Assembly (NCBI GenBank): GCA_965203055.1 | Contig: OZ241863.1 | Location: forward strand, 3,200,001 to 3,264,000 | Direction of reading: 5' to 3' | Length of the DNA: 64,000 nt | DNA from: Spirochaetia bacterium | GTDB lineage: Bacteria > Spirochaetota > Spirochaetia > SZUA-6 > Bin103 | Shown here: in pieces, positions 19,950-29,240 of the stretch | How positions within the stretch are numbered: position 1 is the stretch's first letter | How the letters are laid out: every line of letters starts with the position of its first letter | The notes under the pieces: model-generated | The model's database searches: none | Seen by the model: only the letters and a program-made list of their open reading frames with translations | What the model was told of the DNA's origin: nothing | Position numbers and translations under genes: made by a program

Positions 19950-21113
19950 ATGGTGTCATCTGTTGGACCTTCCGCCCCGGCGCCGCCGGCGCCCGGTGGG
20001 GGACCTGACCCGGCTGCCCGGTTGGCGGCCGTGCGCGCGTGGCTGGATGCGCAAGACGAGGTGGACGGTCTGCTGCTGGTGCGCCAGGAGTCGCTGGAAG
20101 ACTACGACCTGCGCTACCTGACCGGGTTCGCCGGGACCTCCGCCTTTGCCATCGTGACCGCGCGGCAGGCGCTGCTGCTGACCGACGTGCGCTACCTGGA
20201 GCGGGCGGCGCAGGAGTGCCGCGGCTGGCGCATCCGGCGTCATGGCCGGCCCGCCGCCCCGGCGCTGGCGAAGGCGCTGCGGAGCGCGGGGGTGCGGCGG
20301 CTGGGGTTCGAGCCGGCGGGGCTCAGCGTCGCGCTGTGGAACGAGTTGCGTGGCGGGCTGCCGGACACCGCCCTGGAGCCGGCCGCCGGCGCGGTTACGG
20401 GGCTGCGGGCGCGCAAGGAGGCGGCCGAGGTGGCCGCCATCGCCCGCGCCTGCGCCATCAGCGACGCCGCCTTCGCGCAACTGCTGCCGGGGCTGCGCCC
20501 CGGCGTCAGCGAGCGCGACGTGGTGCGGCAGTTGGAGGAGCTGCTGTACCGCAACGGAGCCGATGCCGTCGCCTTCGAGACGATCGTCGCCTCCGGCCCC
20601 AACTCGGCGCTGCCGCACGCGCTGCCCGGGTTGCGCGCCGTCGCCGAGGGTGACCTGATCGTCTTCGATCTCGGCGCCCGAGTGGACGGCTACTGCGCGG
20701 ACCTTACCCGCACCGTGGTAATGGGGCCGGCGTCGGCCGCGCAGCGGCGCCTGTACGGCGCGGTGCGCGAAGTACAGGCCGCGGCGGTGGCCGGGGTGCG
20801 GGCGGGGGCAAGCTGCGCGGAACTGGATGCCGCGGCCAAGCAGGCCATGAAGGCCGCGGGCTACGGAAAGTATCCTACCCATAGTCTCGGCCACGGCCTC
20901 GGCTTGGCGATCCACGAGGGGCCGTTCCTGCGCCCGCGCAACGAGGAGGTGCTCATCGCCGGCCACGTGGTGACGGTGGAGCCGGGCATCTACGTGCCCG
21001 GCTTTGGCGGGGTACGGATCGAGGATACCGTGGTGGTCGAGGAGCAAGGCTGCCGGGTGCTGACTTCCAGCCCCAGAGAACTGATCGAGCTGGACGCCGC
21101 GGAGGGCGCATGA
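19950..21113 (+). CDS. Xaa-Pro aminopeptidase (M24 family)
   Basis: [50 protein letters not shown]. Confidence 0.94.
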   Translation: MVSSVGPSAPAPPAPGGGPDPAARLAAVRAWLDAQDEVDGLLLVRQESLEDYDLRYLTGFAGTSAFAIVTARQALLLTDVRYLERAAQECRGWRIRRHGRPAAPALAKALRSAGVRRLGFEPAGLSVALWNELRGGLPDTALEPAAGAVTGLRARKEAAEVAAIARACAISDAAFAQLLPGLRPGVSERDVVRQLEELLYRNGADAVAFETIVASGPNSALPHALPGLRAVAEGDLIVFDLGARVDGYCADLTRTVVMGPASAAQRRLYGAVREVQAAAVAGVRAGASCAELDAAAKQAMKAAGYGKYPTHSLGHGLGLAIHEGPFLRPRNEEVLIAGHVVTVEPGIYVPGFGGVRIEDTVVVEEQGCRVLTSSPRELIELDAAEGA

Positions 21114-21496
21114 GTCGAGAAGAAAGGATGCGGATCCTCTCCCTGTTGGAGGAGGGGAAGATCTCCGCCGCGGAGGCGGCGCGGCTGCTGGAGGCAATGG
21201 CGCCGGCGCCGGGAACTCCGGTCGCTCCGGCAGCCGGCGGCGGTAAGGTGCACGTGCGGGTGACCGACACGGCTACCGGCGCCACGCGCCTCCGCCTCAC
21301 CCTGCCGGCCGCGTTGGCGCGGATCGGAGCCCGCTTGGCAACGGCGGTGGAGGTGTCCGATGAGTTGACCGCCGCCGGCATCTCGGCCGCGGACCTGAAA
21401 CGGGTGCGGGAGGCGATCGATTCCGGTACCGCCGGCACGATCCTGGAGCTCGACGACGGCAGCGCCGGCTACCGCGTCGAGGTCTGGATCGAGTAG
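21110..21496 (+). CDS. SHOCT-like (YvlB/DUF2089-related) domain protein
   Basis: EER.RIL.LLEEGKISA.EA.RLLEA N-terminus; V.V.VTD and VEVWIE. Confidence 0.75.
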   Translation: MSREERMRILSLLEEGKISAAEAARLLEAMAPAPGTPVAPAAGGGKVHVRVTDTATGATRLRLTLPAALARIGARLATAVEVSDELTAAGISAADLKRVREAIDSGTAGTILELDDGSAGYRVEVWIE

Positions 21497-21528
21497 CAGG
21501 TCGGCGTTCGCACGCCGTACCGACGCCG

Positions 21529-22587
21529 TCAGGTAACCGCGCCCGCCGGGTGGTTCAGGCAGTGCGCGGGCGCCTTGCCGCGCAGGTAGGCGCCGATGCA
21601 GGCTGCGGCCATGCGGATGCCGGTGCGGGCGCTGCCGCGGGATGCTCCGGCGAGGTGCGGGGTGAGGATGACGTTGGGCAGCTCCAACAGCGGATGGCCG
21701 GCGGGCAACGGCTCCTCCGGGAACACGTCGATGGCCGCGCCGGCCAAGTGGCCGTTGGCCAGCGCCTTGGCCAGGGCAGCGTAGTCCAGCAGCGGACCGC
21801 GCGCGGTCTGAATCAGGTAGCAGCCGGGGCGCATCTGCCTCAGCTCCGCGGCGCCGATCAGCGGCGGCGCGCCGGCGCGGTGACGGGCGTGCAGACTGAC
21901 CACGTCGGCCTGCGCCAGCAGGCTCCGCAGATCGCAACGTTCGGCCCCCGCGGCGGCGAACGCCTCCGCTGGGAGATACGGGTCGCAGGCCCGCACCCGG
22001 GCTCCGAAGGCGCCCAGCAACGGCGCCAGCAGGCGGCCGACGTGGCCCAGACCGAGGAGCCCGACCGTGAGGGTCGCCAAGTCGTCGCCCACGGCGTCGT
22101 ACCGGTACAGATCTGCGCGCCAGCGGGCGGCGCCGGCCAAGTCGTGGTGGCCTCGGGAGATGCCCTTGGTAACGTCGATGATCAGCGCCGCGGTGAACTC
22201 CGCGACCGCGCGCGCGTTGCGTCCGGGGGCGTTGCACACCAGGACGCCGCGCCGGCTGGCGGCGTTCAGGTTTACGTTGACCGCGCCGCTGCGGGCGCAG
22301 GCCACCAGCCGCAGCCGCGGGGCCGCCGCCAGCACCTCCGCGCTGAGCGCGGCCATGTGCACCGCGGCCACCTCCGCCTGCCGCAGGACGCGGCTCACGC
22401 GCCGGTAGTCGCCGGTGTACTCGCGGATCTCCGCGTCGTGGCGCATCGGAGCGTCGGGCCACTCGTGCTCGTCGGTGACGAAGCGCAACTCCACGCCGGA
22501 GCCGCGCGCGGCCCGTTCGATGGCGGCGTGGAACTGAGCGGTGCGCACGAAACGGTCGCCGATCACGGCGATGGTGCTGCTTGCCAC
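21529..22587 (-). CDS. D-isomer-specific 2-hydroxyacid dehydrogenase
   Basis: NAPGRNA.AVAE, GLLGLGHVG, DPY, TARG, AIDVFPEEP, TPHLAG. Confidence 0.93.
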   Translation of the reverse strand: MASSTIAVIGDRFVRTAQFHAAIERAARGSGVELRFVTDEHEWPDAPMRHDAEIREYTGDYRRVSRVLRQAEVAAVHMAALSAEVLAAAPRLRLVACARSGAVNVNLNAASRRGVLVCNAPGRNARAVAEFTAALIIDVTKGISRGHHDLAGAARWRADLYRYDAVGDDLATLTVGLLGLGHVGRLLAPLLGAFGARVRACDPYLPAEAFAAAGAERCDLRSLLAQADVVSLHARHRAGAPPLIGAAELRQMRPGCYLIQTARGPLLDYAALAKALANGHLAGAAIDVFPEEPLPAGHPLLELPNVILTPHLAGASRGSARTGIRMAAACIGAYLRGKAPAHCLNHPAGAVT

Positions 22588-22628
22588 CGGTATTCCGTTA
22601 CCTCAGATCATGCCAAGCCGTATCGCGA

Positions 22629-22880
22629 TCAAGCAACAGTCAAACAAATAATTATTTACCATATAATACGTTAGTGAATAAATGGGCGTGTCGCAAGTGA
22701 ATCAGTCAAGCAACCGTGAAGCAAATCAGCAACCCGGGCCCCAACCGGAGATCAGCACTCCAGTCAAGCAACAGTCAAACAAATAATTATTTACCATACA
22801 ATGCTTTAGCGAATAAAGTGACGTGTCGCAAGTGAATCAGTCAAGCAACCGTGAAGCAAATCAGCAACCCGGCCCAAACC
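22629..22880. repeat. AT-rich tandem direct repeat, two ~110-115 bp copies with 135 bp period
   Basis: TCAAGCAACAGTCAAACAAATAATTATTTACCATA...GTGTCGCAAGTGAATCAGTCAAGCAACCGTGAAGCAAATCAGCAACCCGG starts at 22629 and at 22764. Confidence 0.95.
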
Positions 22881-22887
22881 AATCAGG

Positions 22888-24390
22888 TCAGTTCCCGTCA
22901 AACATATCGTCATCCAGTTCAGGATTCGCCCAGAAGGGGGCGTAACTGCGGTTTCGCGTCCCTACGGCGGGGTCTGCGATCACGATGAGGCCCGCCGTGA
23001 CCGCCTCATTGAGGAACCGTGACGCCATGGACGCATTGTTCCCGGAAATCCCGAATCGTTCGCGTAGCGAGGCGTTGGTCATACGCTGGCGATTCACGTA
23101 TTGCAGGCAGGCGTGCAGATAGCAGGCCCGCACCCGCTCGGCTCTATCCACGTCGGCCATCGGCTTGCGGGCGAAGAGCACGACGCGGGTAAAGTTCGGC
23201 GGCGACTCGAAGAGCGGAGCCGGCAGTTGGTGACGCTCGATCTCGGCCACGACCTTGTCGATTCCGCTGCCCCGTTCCTCGCAGATCCGAAAGCGGCGCA
23301 TAAGCGAAGCGAGCGCTTCGTTGCGGGAATCGGGCGGACTGTCCAGGAAGCGCTGCGTTTCTACCAGCGGCTCGCCGGGATTCGTGATCTCGATGCGCCC
23401 GTCGAAGATTTCGACCATCGGCCCGGCCCCGGCCACGGAGAAGTCCTGATGGATGAGGGCGTTTCCGACCAACTCGCGCACCGCCGGTGCCGGGAACTCC
23501 GGCACCGCCGCGCGCAACGCCTGGCCCAGTTCCTCTTTCGCCGGCAGTCTGGCGTCAATGTAGTCTACCAGCTCCTCGAAACCGGATGCATAGCCCTTGG
23601 TTCCTTCGTGTTCCTTCAACGTCTCGGTGCGGCCTGCGCCGCGGTATTCGATCACACGCAGGCTCTTACGTTTCAATCGGGAGAAGTCGCCGAGATTCCT
23701 GGCGAGCAGGATGGCGCCCAAATTGGTAATGTCGAAGCCGCCTGCCTTACCAGGCGCGATTATCCGGTCCCTCCGCAGCGCGTCGAGGATGGCGGTACGG
23801 CCATCCGGCAGCGGCGCGGCAAGGAGGTCGAAATAGGCCGGATAGTCGAGCCTGAGCAGAACGTCTTCACCACTTACCCGTTCCGCGGCAACGCCGTCCT
23901 CGAAGGGCACACGGTCGAACATTCGCCAGAGTTCCCGTTCTTTCTCGGGAAATTCCTTGAGCTTTCTGGTGGTACCGCCAACTCGAATGAACTCCACGCC
24001 GCTGAACGCGACCGGTTGCCGAGATGCACGGTCGATCTCCAGGAGCACGACGCGTCCTCCATCATCCACGACTTCGTGAAAGCGGAAGTCGATGCGAGGA
24101 CTCAGGAGCCGCAGCAACCACGTCTCCAGCGGCTCGTTGCCCTTCTTCGCAGTGCCCGGCGAGAAGCCCGTACCCGTGACCGTATGCGTATGGTTCTGGA
24201 TCCCCCAGAGCACGTACGCGTTCACCTTGCCGTGGAGCGCCGCCCCGTTGGCCAGCGCGGAGATGTATCGACCGATACGATCCGGCTGGTCCTGATCGAC
24301 CTTGAACTCGACCCATTCGGTCTCGTGCGGCAGCTTGCACAGCTCACGAACGAGACCGAGAAGGTAGCTATTGTCGCGGCTGGTGATCAT
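22888..24390 (-). CDS. Schlafen/AlbA_2 + HATPase_c_4 (RecG-C-like) + winged-HTH protein
   Basis: ETEWVEFK, ISALAN, WGI; REL..NALIHQD, RIEITNPG, RN..LA, CEERGSGI; MTNASLRERFG...Y.PFWA. Confidence 0.88.
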   Translation of the reverse strand: MITSRDNSYLLGLVRELCKLPHETEWVEFKVDQDQPDRIGRYISALANGAALHGKVNAYVLWGIQNHTHTVTGTGFSPGTAKKGNEPLETWLLRLLSPRIDFRFHEVVDDGGRVVLLEIDRASRQPVAFSGVEFIRVGGTTRKLKEFPEKERELWRMFDRVPFEDGVAAERVSGEDVLLRLDYPAYFDLLAAPLPDGRTAILDALRRDRIIAPGKAGGFDITNLGAILLARNLGDFSRLKRKSLRVIEYRGAGRTETLKEHEGTKGYASGFEELVDYIDARLPAKEELGQALRAAVPEFPAPAVRELVGNALIHQDFSVAGAGPMVEIFDGRIEITNPGEPLVETQRFLDSPPDSRNEALASLMRRFRICEERGSGIDKVVAEIERHQLPAPLFESPPNFTRVVLFARKPMADVDRAERVRACYLHACLQYVNRQRMTNASLRERFGISGNNASMASRFLNEAVTAGLIVIADPAVGTRNRSYAPFWANPELDDDMFDGN

Positions 24391-24393
24391 GGC

Positions 24394-24771
24394 TCAGCGT
24401 GGGGGCTGGTGGGCGCCGGCGTCGGTGACGTCGCGTATCCAAGCCAGGGCGGCCATTGCCGCCGACCAGCCGATTGAGGAGATGGCGAGCAACGGCACCT
24501 GCAGCAGCTCCTCTGCCGGGATGCCCTCGCGCAATCCGCGGCGGGCGTGGGAGTGCACCGCGCCCTGGGAGCGGGCGCCGACGGCCAGCGCCAGCTTCAC
24601 CAGGCGCTGAGCGCGCTCGTCCAGCGGCCCGGCTGCCGCGGCCGCCGCCCCGAGCTCCTGGTAGGCGCGCCACACCTCGGGATACTCGGCGATGACGCCG
24701 TCCAGGAATCCCGGCAGCCGCTCCCGGCGCTCCTCTTCGCTGCCGGCCGATTCTGACTTGTCCTGCTTCAC
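24394..24771 (-). CDS. Carboxymuconolactone decarboxylase (AhpD-like) family protein
   Basis: YPEVW.AY, GPLD.R..RLVKLALAVGA..GAVHSH.RR, EEL; no CxxC. Confidence 0.85.
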   Translation of the reverse strand: MKQDKSESAGSEEERRERLPGFLDGVIAEYPEVWRAYQELGAAAAAAGPLDERAQRLVKLALAVGARSQGAVHSHARRGLREGIPAEELLQVPLLAISSIGWSAAMAALAWIRDVTDAGAHQPPR

Positions 24772-24960
24772 CAAGGTCCTGCGACTATGCGGGCGGGCCG
24801 GTCCCCGGTCAAGCAGCGCCGGCGGCGGGCAAGCGGCCCCGGACCACCGTCGGCGCGCGTAACCGCAGCCGCCGGGAGCGGCAGGTGCGGCGAGCCTGCC
24901 CGGCCCGGTCAGCGCCGGCGCGGAGGGTACTCGCCCATGGGTGCGCGCGGCCGGCCGGTC

Positions 24961-24989
24961 TTGACATCCCAATGGCGGCGCTCTAGCTT
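24961..24989 (+). promoter_or_regulatory. Sigma70-type promoter of ku operon
   Basis: TTGACA-17 bp-TAGCTT upstream of ku. Confidence 0.65.
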
Positions 24990-25025
24990 TGTCAGTGCAG
25001 CGCCGCCGGGGCGCGAGGGGGAGTG

Positions 25026-25907
25026 ATGCCGCTACGTACAAGCTGGAAGGGATTCGTCAAGCTCAGTCTGGTTTCGGTCCCGGTAAAGGCCTACACGGCC
25101 AATGACCCCAGCTCCCAGATTCGCCTCAACCAACTCCACTGCGACTGCAACACGCGCATCGCCTACAAGAAGGTGTGTCCGGTGCACGGCGAGGTGGGCA
25201 GCGATCAGATCACCCGCGGCTACGAGCATGCCAAGGGCCAGTACGTGGTGATCGAAGATGAGGAGCTGGAAAAGCTGCGCACCAAGACCGATCACTCCGT
25301 CAACATCGAAGGATTCGTAGCCCCGGACGATCTGGACCCGGTGTACCACGCCGGCCGTACCTATTACCTGTTGCCCGACGGTCCGGTGGGTCAGAAGCCC
25401 TACCGCCTGCTGTTGCGCGGCATGCAGGAGAACCAGGTGCATGCCCTGGCGCAGGTAGTGATCTCGCAGCGCGAGCAGCTCGTGCTGCTGCGTCCGGTGG
25501 ACGGCATCCTGGCCATGTCCGTACTCAGTCACAAGGCAAAGGTGAAGTCGATCGATCTGTTCCGGGACGAGATCGAGGAGGCGGAGTGCAGCCCCGAGGA
25601 GCTGCAGCTCGCCAGCATGCTGATCGACGCCTCGCGGCTGCAGGACTTCGACTTTGGCAGCTATACCGACCGCTACGTCGAGAAGCTTACCGAGCTGATC
25701 CAACTCAAGGTGCAGGGACAGGACGTGGTGCAGGCGGAGGATGTCGAGGAACCCAAGATCATCAACCTCATGGAGGCGTTGAAGCAGAGCGTTGCCGAGG
25801 CGCAGGGCGCCGCCGAGGCGGCGGGCAAGAAGCAGGCGCCGAGCGCCAAGAGCAAGCGCAGCACTGCGCCGCGCGGCAGCCGGGCGCGCAAGCGGCAGGC
25901 CGGCTAG
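25026..25907 (+). CDS. ku: Ku protein (NHEJ)
   Basis: W.G.V.LSLVSVPVK.Y, RI.Y..VC, RGYE, YYL.PD, D.Y, NLMEALK.S, basic C-terminal tail. Confidence 0.96.
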   Translation: MPLRTSWKGFVKLSLVSVPVKAYTANDPSSQIRLNQLHCDCNTRIAYKKVCPVHGEVGSDQITRGYEHAKGQYVVIEDEELEKLRTKTDHSVNIEGFVAPDDLDPVYHAGRTYYLLPDGPVGQKPYRLLLRGMQENQVHALAQVVISQREQLVLLRPVDGILAMSVLSHKAKVKSIDLFRDEIEEAECSPEELQLASMLIDASRLQDFDFGSYTDRYVEKLTELIQLKVQGQDVVQAEDVEEPKIINLMEALKQSVAEAQGAAEAAGKKQAPSAKSKRSTAPRGSRARKRQAG

Positions 25908-25980
25908 CGGCGCGGCGTCGCCGCCCGCAAGACCTGAGGGCGCCGCGCGTTGCGGACCTGTTGGGCGACCGTCCCCCGGC

Positions 25981-26985
25981 ATGCGGACCGTTCCCCTGCC
26001 GGGGCGCGCCGCTGACGCGGCGCAGGGCGAAGTCGTGGCCGTTGCCGGCGCCCGCCTGCCGCGCAGGTTCGCGCCCATGCTCGCCAAGCCGGGTGAGCCG
26101 TTCGACTCCGAGCGCCACCTGTACGAGGTGAAGTGGGACGGCATTCGCGCGGTGACCCTGGTGGAGGGCGGCGGCTACCGCCTGCTGAGCCGGCGCGGCA
26201 CCGACCTTACCGGCAACTACCCGGAGCTGGCTGTCCTGGCGCGGCTGCCCGCCGGCACGGTGGTGGACGGCGAGATCGTGGCGCTCAACGAGGGCCGCCC
26301 CGACTTCGAGTACATCCTGCGCCGCGACCGGCGCGGCCCCCGCGCCCCGGAGACCGGCAGGATGCCGGCGATCTACCTGGTATTCGACCTGATGTACCGT
26401 GACTTCACCTCGGTCATGGAGCTGCCGTTGCTGGACCGGCGGCGCCCGCTGGCCGACCTGGTAAGCGGCTGCGGATCGCCGCACGTCGCCCTCTCCGACG
26501 GCGTGGTCGGCGCCGGCGTGCAGTTCTATCGCGAGGTCTGCCGGCGCGACCTGGAAGGGGTGGTCGCCAAGCGGGTGGACAGCCGCTACCTGGCGGGGCG
26601 GCGCTCGGACGCGTGGCTCAAGATCAAGCGCCGCAGCCGCTACCACTGCGTCGTGCTGGGCTTTCTCGACAAGGAAGGTTCCGACTTTCAGAGTCTGCTG
26701 GTGGCCACCGAGCGGGAGGCGGGGGCGGGGCTGCGCTACGCCGGCCGGGTCGGCACCGGCTTCGACGAGGAGCAGCGGCGGGAGATCAACGCGTTGTTGC
26801 GCCGCCATCCCCGGGCGGCGCCGCTGCTGCCGCGCCCGGCCGAGCTGTCGGCGCGCCATCAGTGGGATCAGGTGCGCTGGGTCGAGCCGGTCCTGTTCTG
26901 CGTCGTCTCCTGTCTGGAGCTGACCAGCGCCGGGATCATGCGGGCGCCGGTGTTCGAGGGGCTGATCGAGGAGTCCGCGCCGTGA
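25981..26985 (+). CDS. ATP-dependent DNA ligase (stand-alone LigD-ligase/LigC-like, NTase + OB domains)
   Basis: PMLA, YEVKWDGIRA (motif I), VDGEIV, VFDLM, LEGVVAKR..S.Y, WLKIK, GRVGTGF, W.EP, MRAPVF. Confidence 0.92.
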   Translation: MRTVPLPGRAADAAQGEVVAVAGARLPRRFAPMLAKPGEPFDSERHLYEVKWDGIRAVTLVEGGGYRLLSRRGTDLTGNYPELAVLARLPAGTVVDGEIVALNEGRPDFEYILRRDRRGPRAPETGRMPAIYLVFDLMYRDFTSVMELPLLDRRRPLADLVSGCGSPHVALSDGVVGAGVQFYREVCRRDLEGVVAKRVDSRYLAGRRSDAWLKIKRRSRYHCVVLGFLDKEGSDFQSLLVATEREAGAGLRYAGRVGTGFDEEQRREINALLRRHPRAAPLLPRPAELSARHQWDQVRWVEPVLFCVVSCLELTSAGIMRAPVFEGLIEESAP

Positions 26986-28376
26986 CCGCGGCGTCCGCCG
27001 GCGGGGACCGGCTGCGCGACCGGGAGGTGGCGTTCGCCGGCCGGCTGGCGTCCATGACCCGGCGCGAGGCCGGCGCGCGGGTAGCCGCGGCCGGAGGCCG
27101 GGTGGTGCGCGAACCAAGCGCCGACACCGCCTACCTGGTGGTAGGGCAGGGCGGCTGGCCGTTGGGCGCGGATGGCCGGCCGGGCAGCGGCATGGCGCGG
27201 GCGCGCCGGCTCAAGGAGCAGCGCGCGCCGTTGAGCATCGTTTCCGAGACTACCTTCCTGCAGATTCTCGGGCTCACGGAGAAGGTGGAAGATCTGCAGC
27301 GCCTGTTTACCACGGCGCAGCTCAGCCGCATCCTCGAGGTGCCGGCGCGGGAGCTGCGCGCCTGGATGCGGCGCAAGCTGATCCGTCCGGTAAAGGTGGC
27401 GCGGCGCCTGGCCTGGTTCGACTTCCGCGAGGTGGCGATGGCGCGGGCGCTGCACGGCCTGATCAGCGCCGGGGTCAGCCCGGCGCGCATCGGGCGCAGC
27501 ATCCGCGAGCTGGCGCAGTGGCTGCCGGAGACCCAGGGCGTCGACACCCAGGCCATGCTCACCCAATTGGAGACTTCCGCCCACGGCCCGGCGCTGAGCA
27601 TCCGGTTGCAGGATGGACGCCTGGCCGACCCGGGCGGCCAGTTGCTGCTCGACTTCCACCGCGGCGCGGCGCCCGGATCGCACCGTGCCGCGATCCGCGC
27701 CTTCACTCCGCCGCACGCGGCGGACCCGCAGCCGGCGCCCGGCGGCCGCCGGCCCGCGGCGCCGGAACTGGTGCGCGACCTGGCCGCGGTGCTGGGCATG
27801 GCGCCTGACGGTATGCCCGCCTCGGAGGAGCCGCCGGGCGTCGCCGAACCGGACACGCCCGGCGGGGTACTCGACTTCGGGACCGCGGCCGGGGCGTGGC
27901 CCGGCGCCGGCCCCGACCAATTGTTCCGGCACGGCGTGCTGGCCGAGGACGCCGGCCAGTGGCACCTCGCCCGCCACCTCTACGAGCGCGCCCTGGCCGC
28001 CGGCGGCGTCGATCCGGAGACCTGCTTCAACCTCGGCAACGTGCTGTACGAGTTGGATCGCAAGCATGCCGCGGCGCGCCGTTACCTGCAGGCGGTGGCG
28101 CTGGACGCCGAGTACGTGGAGTCGCTCAACAACCTGGGCAACGCCCTGGCCGAGAGCGGCTGGCTGAACGAAGCGGTGCGCGCCTACCGCCGCGCGCTAC
28201 TCCTGGAGCCCGCCTACGCCGATGCCCACAGCAACCTGGCGGAGGCCCTGGTGTACCTCGGCCGCTATGGGGAGGCGCGCTTCCACTGGACCGCCTATCT
28301 CGCCATCGACCCGCGCAGTTCCTGGGCCAACGCCATCCGCGAATTGCTGCGCAATCTCCCCGCCGACCGTAACTGA
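26982..28376 (+). CDS. BRCT - MerR-type HTH - TPR protein
   Basis: LigA-like BRCT (V.FAGRL.SMTR.EA...V...GG...T.YLVVG...IVSE..F); HTH (QLSRILEV....LRAW.R..LI.P...FDF.EV); TPRs (FNLGNVLY, NNLGNALA, HSNLAEAL); GTG overlaps ligase stop. Confidence 0.82.
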   Translation: MTAASAGGDRLRDREVAFAGRLASMTRREAGARVAAAGGRVVREPSADTAYLVVGQGGWPLGADGRPGSGMARARRLKEQRAPLSIVSETTFLQILGLTEKVEDLQRLFTTAQLSRILEVPARELRAWMRRKLIRPVKVARRLAWFDFREVAMARALHGLISAGVSPARIGRSIRELAQWLPETQGVDTQAMLTQLETSAHGPALSIRLQDGRLADPGGQLLLDFHRGAAPGSHRAAIRAFTPPHAADPQPAPGGRRPAAPELVRDLAAVLGMAPDGMPASEEPPGVAEPDTPGGVLDFGTAAGAWPGAGPDQLFRHGVLAEDAGQWHLARHLYERALAAGGVDPETCFNLGNVLYELDRKHAAARRYLQAVALDAEYVESLNNLGNALAESGWLNEAVRAYRRALLLEPAYADAHSNLAEALVYLGRYGEARFHWTAYLAIDPRSSWANAIRELLRNLPADRN

Positions 28377-28390
28377 AGGCGCGCGGCGGT

Positions 28391-29167
28391 TCACACCCGC
28401 ATCCGCAGCAGCGGGCGCGCGAACGAGATTGGCAGGCAGCCGTCGCCGACGCGGGACCTGGTGCCGGGAGTCATGAAGTGAATGGCGAAGGCGCGCCGCT
28501 CATGCGCGGTCTGGTTGGGGCCGGTGTAGTGGAAGGTCTGGCAATGGTGCAGCATGGCGCCGCCCGCCGGCAGTTCGATTGCCACCGCCTGCGCGCTGTC
28601 CACGCGCCCGGCGTTGTCGAGCAGCGCGTCGGTAGAGGCCGCGCGGTCATGTTCCAGCGCCCGCAGGTGGGAGCCGGGAAGCACCTGCATCGCCCCGTTG
28701 GCAACGGTGACGGCGTCCAGCGTCAGCCAGCAGCTCACCAGGTTGGCCGGCACGCATTGCCAGTAGGCGTTGTCCTGATGCCAGAACACCGGGCCGCCGT
28801 GGTGCGCCGGCTTGTACAGCGCCTGATCGTGGAACAACTGGATGTTGGGACCGATCAGATCCTCGATGCAGTCCAGGATCGGCTCGTGGTACAGCAACCG
28901 GCGGAAGCGCAGGTTGCGCTCGCACATCTGCATGATCTGCAGCATCTGCTCGCCGGCCTCGTTCTTGGCCGCCAGGTCGTCGGTGTCGTCGATGGCGAGG
29001 TTGCGGAATGAGCTGCCACCGGCGCGGGCGCGCGCGAACTCGCGGTCGTACTCGCGGCGCAACTGCTCGACCTCGGCGCCGTCGAGCAGCGCGCCCAACT
29101 TCAGGTAGCCGTGGGTGTGGAATGCGTCCACCTGCGCGGCGGTGAGTCTGCGGTAGCCGTCGGTCAT
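28391..29167 (-). CDS. Phytanoyl-CoA dioxygenase (PhyH) family Fe(II)/2OG oxygenase
   Basis: F...GY, KP...GG..WHQD, W..LD....NG.M..LPGSH, H.T..N....RRA. Confidence 0.92.
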   Translation of the reverse strand: MTDGYRRLTAAQVDAFHTHGYLKLGALLDGAEVEQLRREYDREFARARAGGSSFRNLAIDDTDDLAAKNEAGEQMLQIMQMCERNLRFRRLLYHEPILDCIEDLIGPNIQLFHDQALYKPAHHGGPVFWHQDNAYWQCVPANLVSCWLTLDAVTVANGAMQVLPGSHLRALEHDRAASTDALLDNAGRVDSAQAVAIELPAGGAMLHHCQTFHYTGPNQTAHERRAFAIHFMTPGTRSRVGDGCLPISFARPLLRMRV

Positions 29168-29210
29168 CCTCTGAGAACCCTATACCGAGATGCGCGGCAG
29201 TGTCAGCCGG

Positions 29211-29236
29211 GCGTTACCGCGGCGCCGCGGTAACGC
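29211..29236. terminator. Perfect 26-bp palindrome just 3' of ligD (possible terminator hairpin)
   Basis: GCGTTACCGCGGCGCCGCGGTAACGC is its own reverse complement; no U-tract. Confidence 0.5.
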
Positions 29237-29240
29237 GCCG

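Noticed and set aside
22629..22880. Possible CRISPR array
   Set aside because: Only two ~110-bp units, no regular repeat-spacer structure, no cas genes
24960..24971. CTTGACATCCCA shared by the ku and higB promoters (also 36240-36251)
   Set aside because: Half is the -35 consensus; a 12-mer match is plausible by chance in 64 kb
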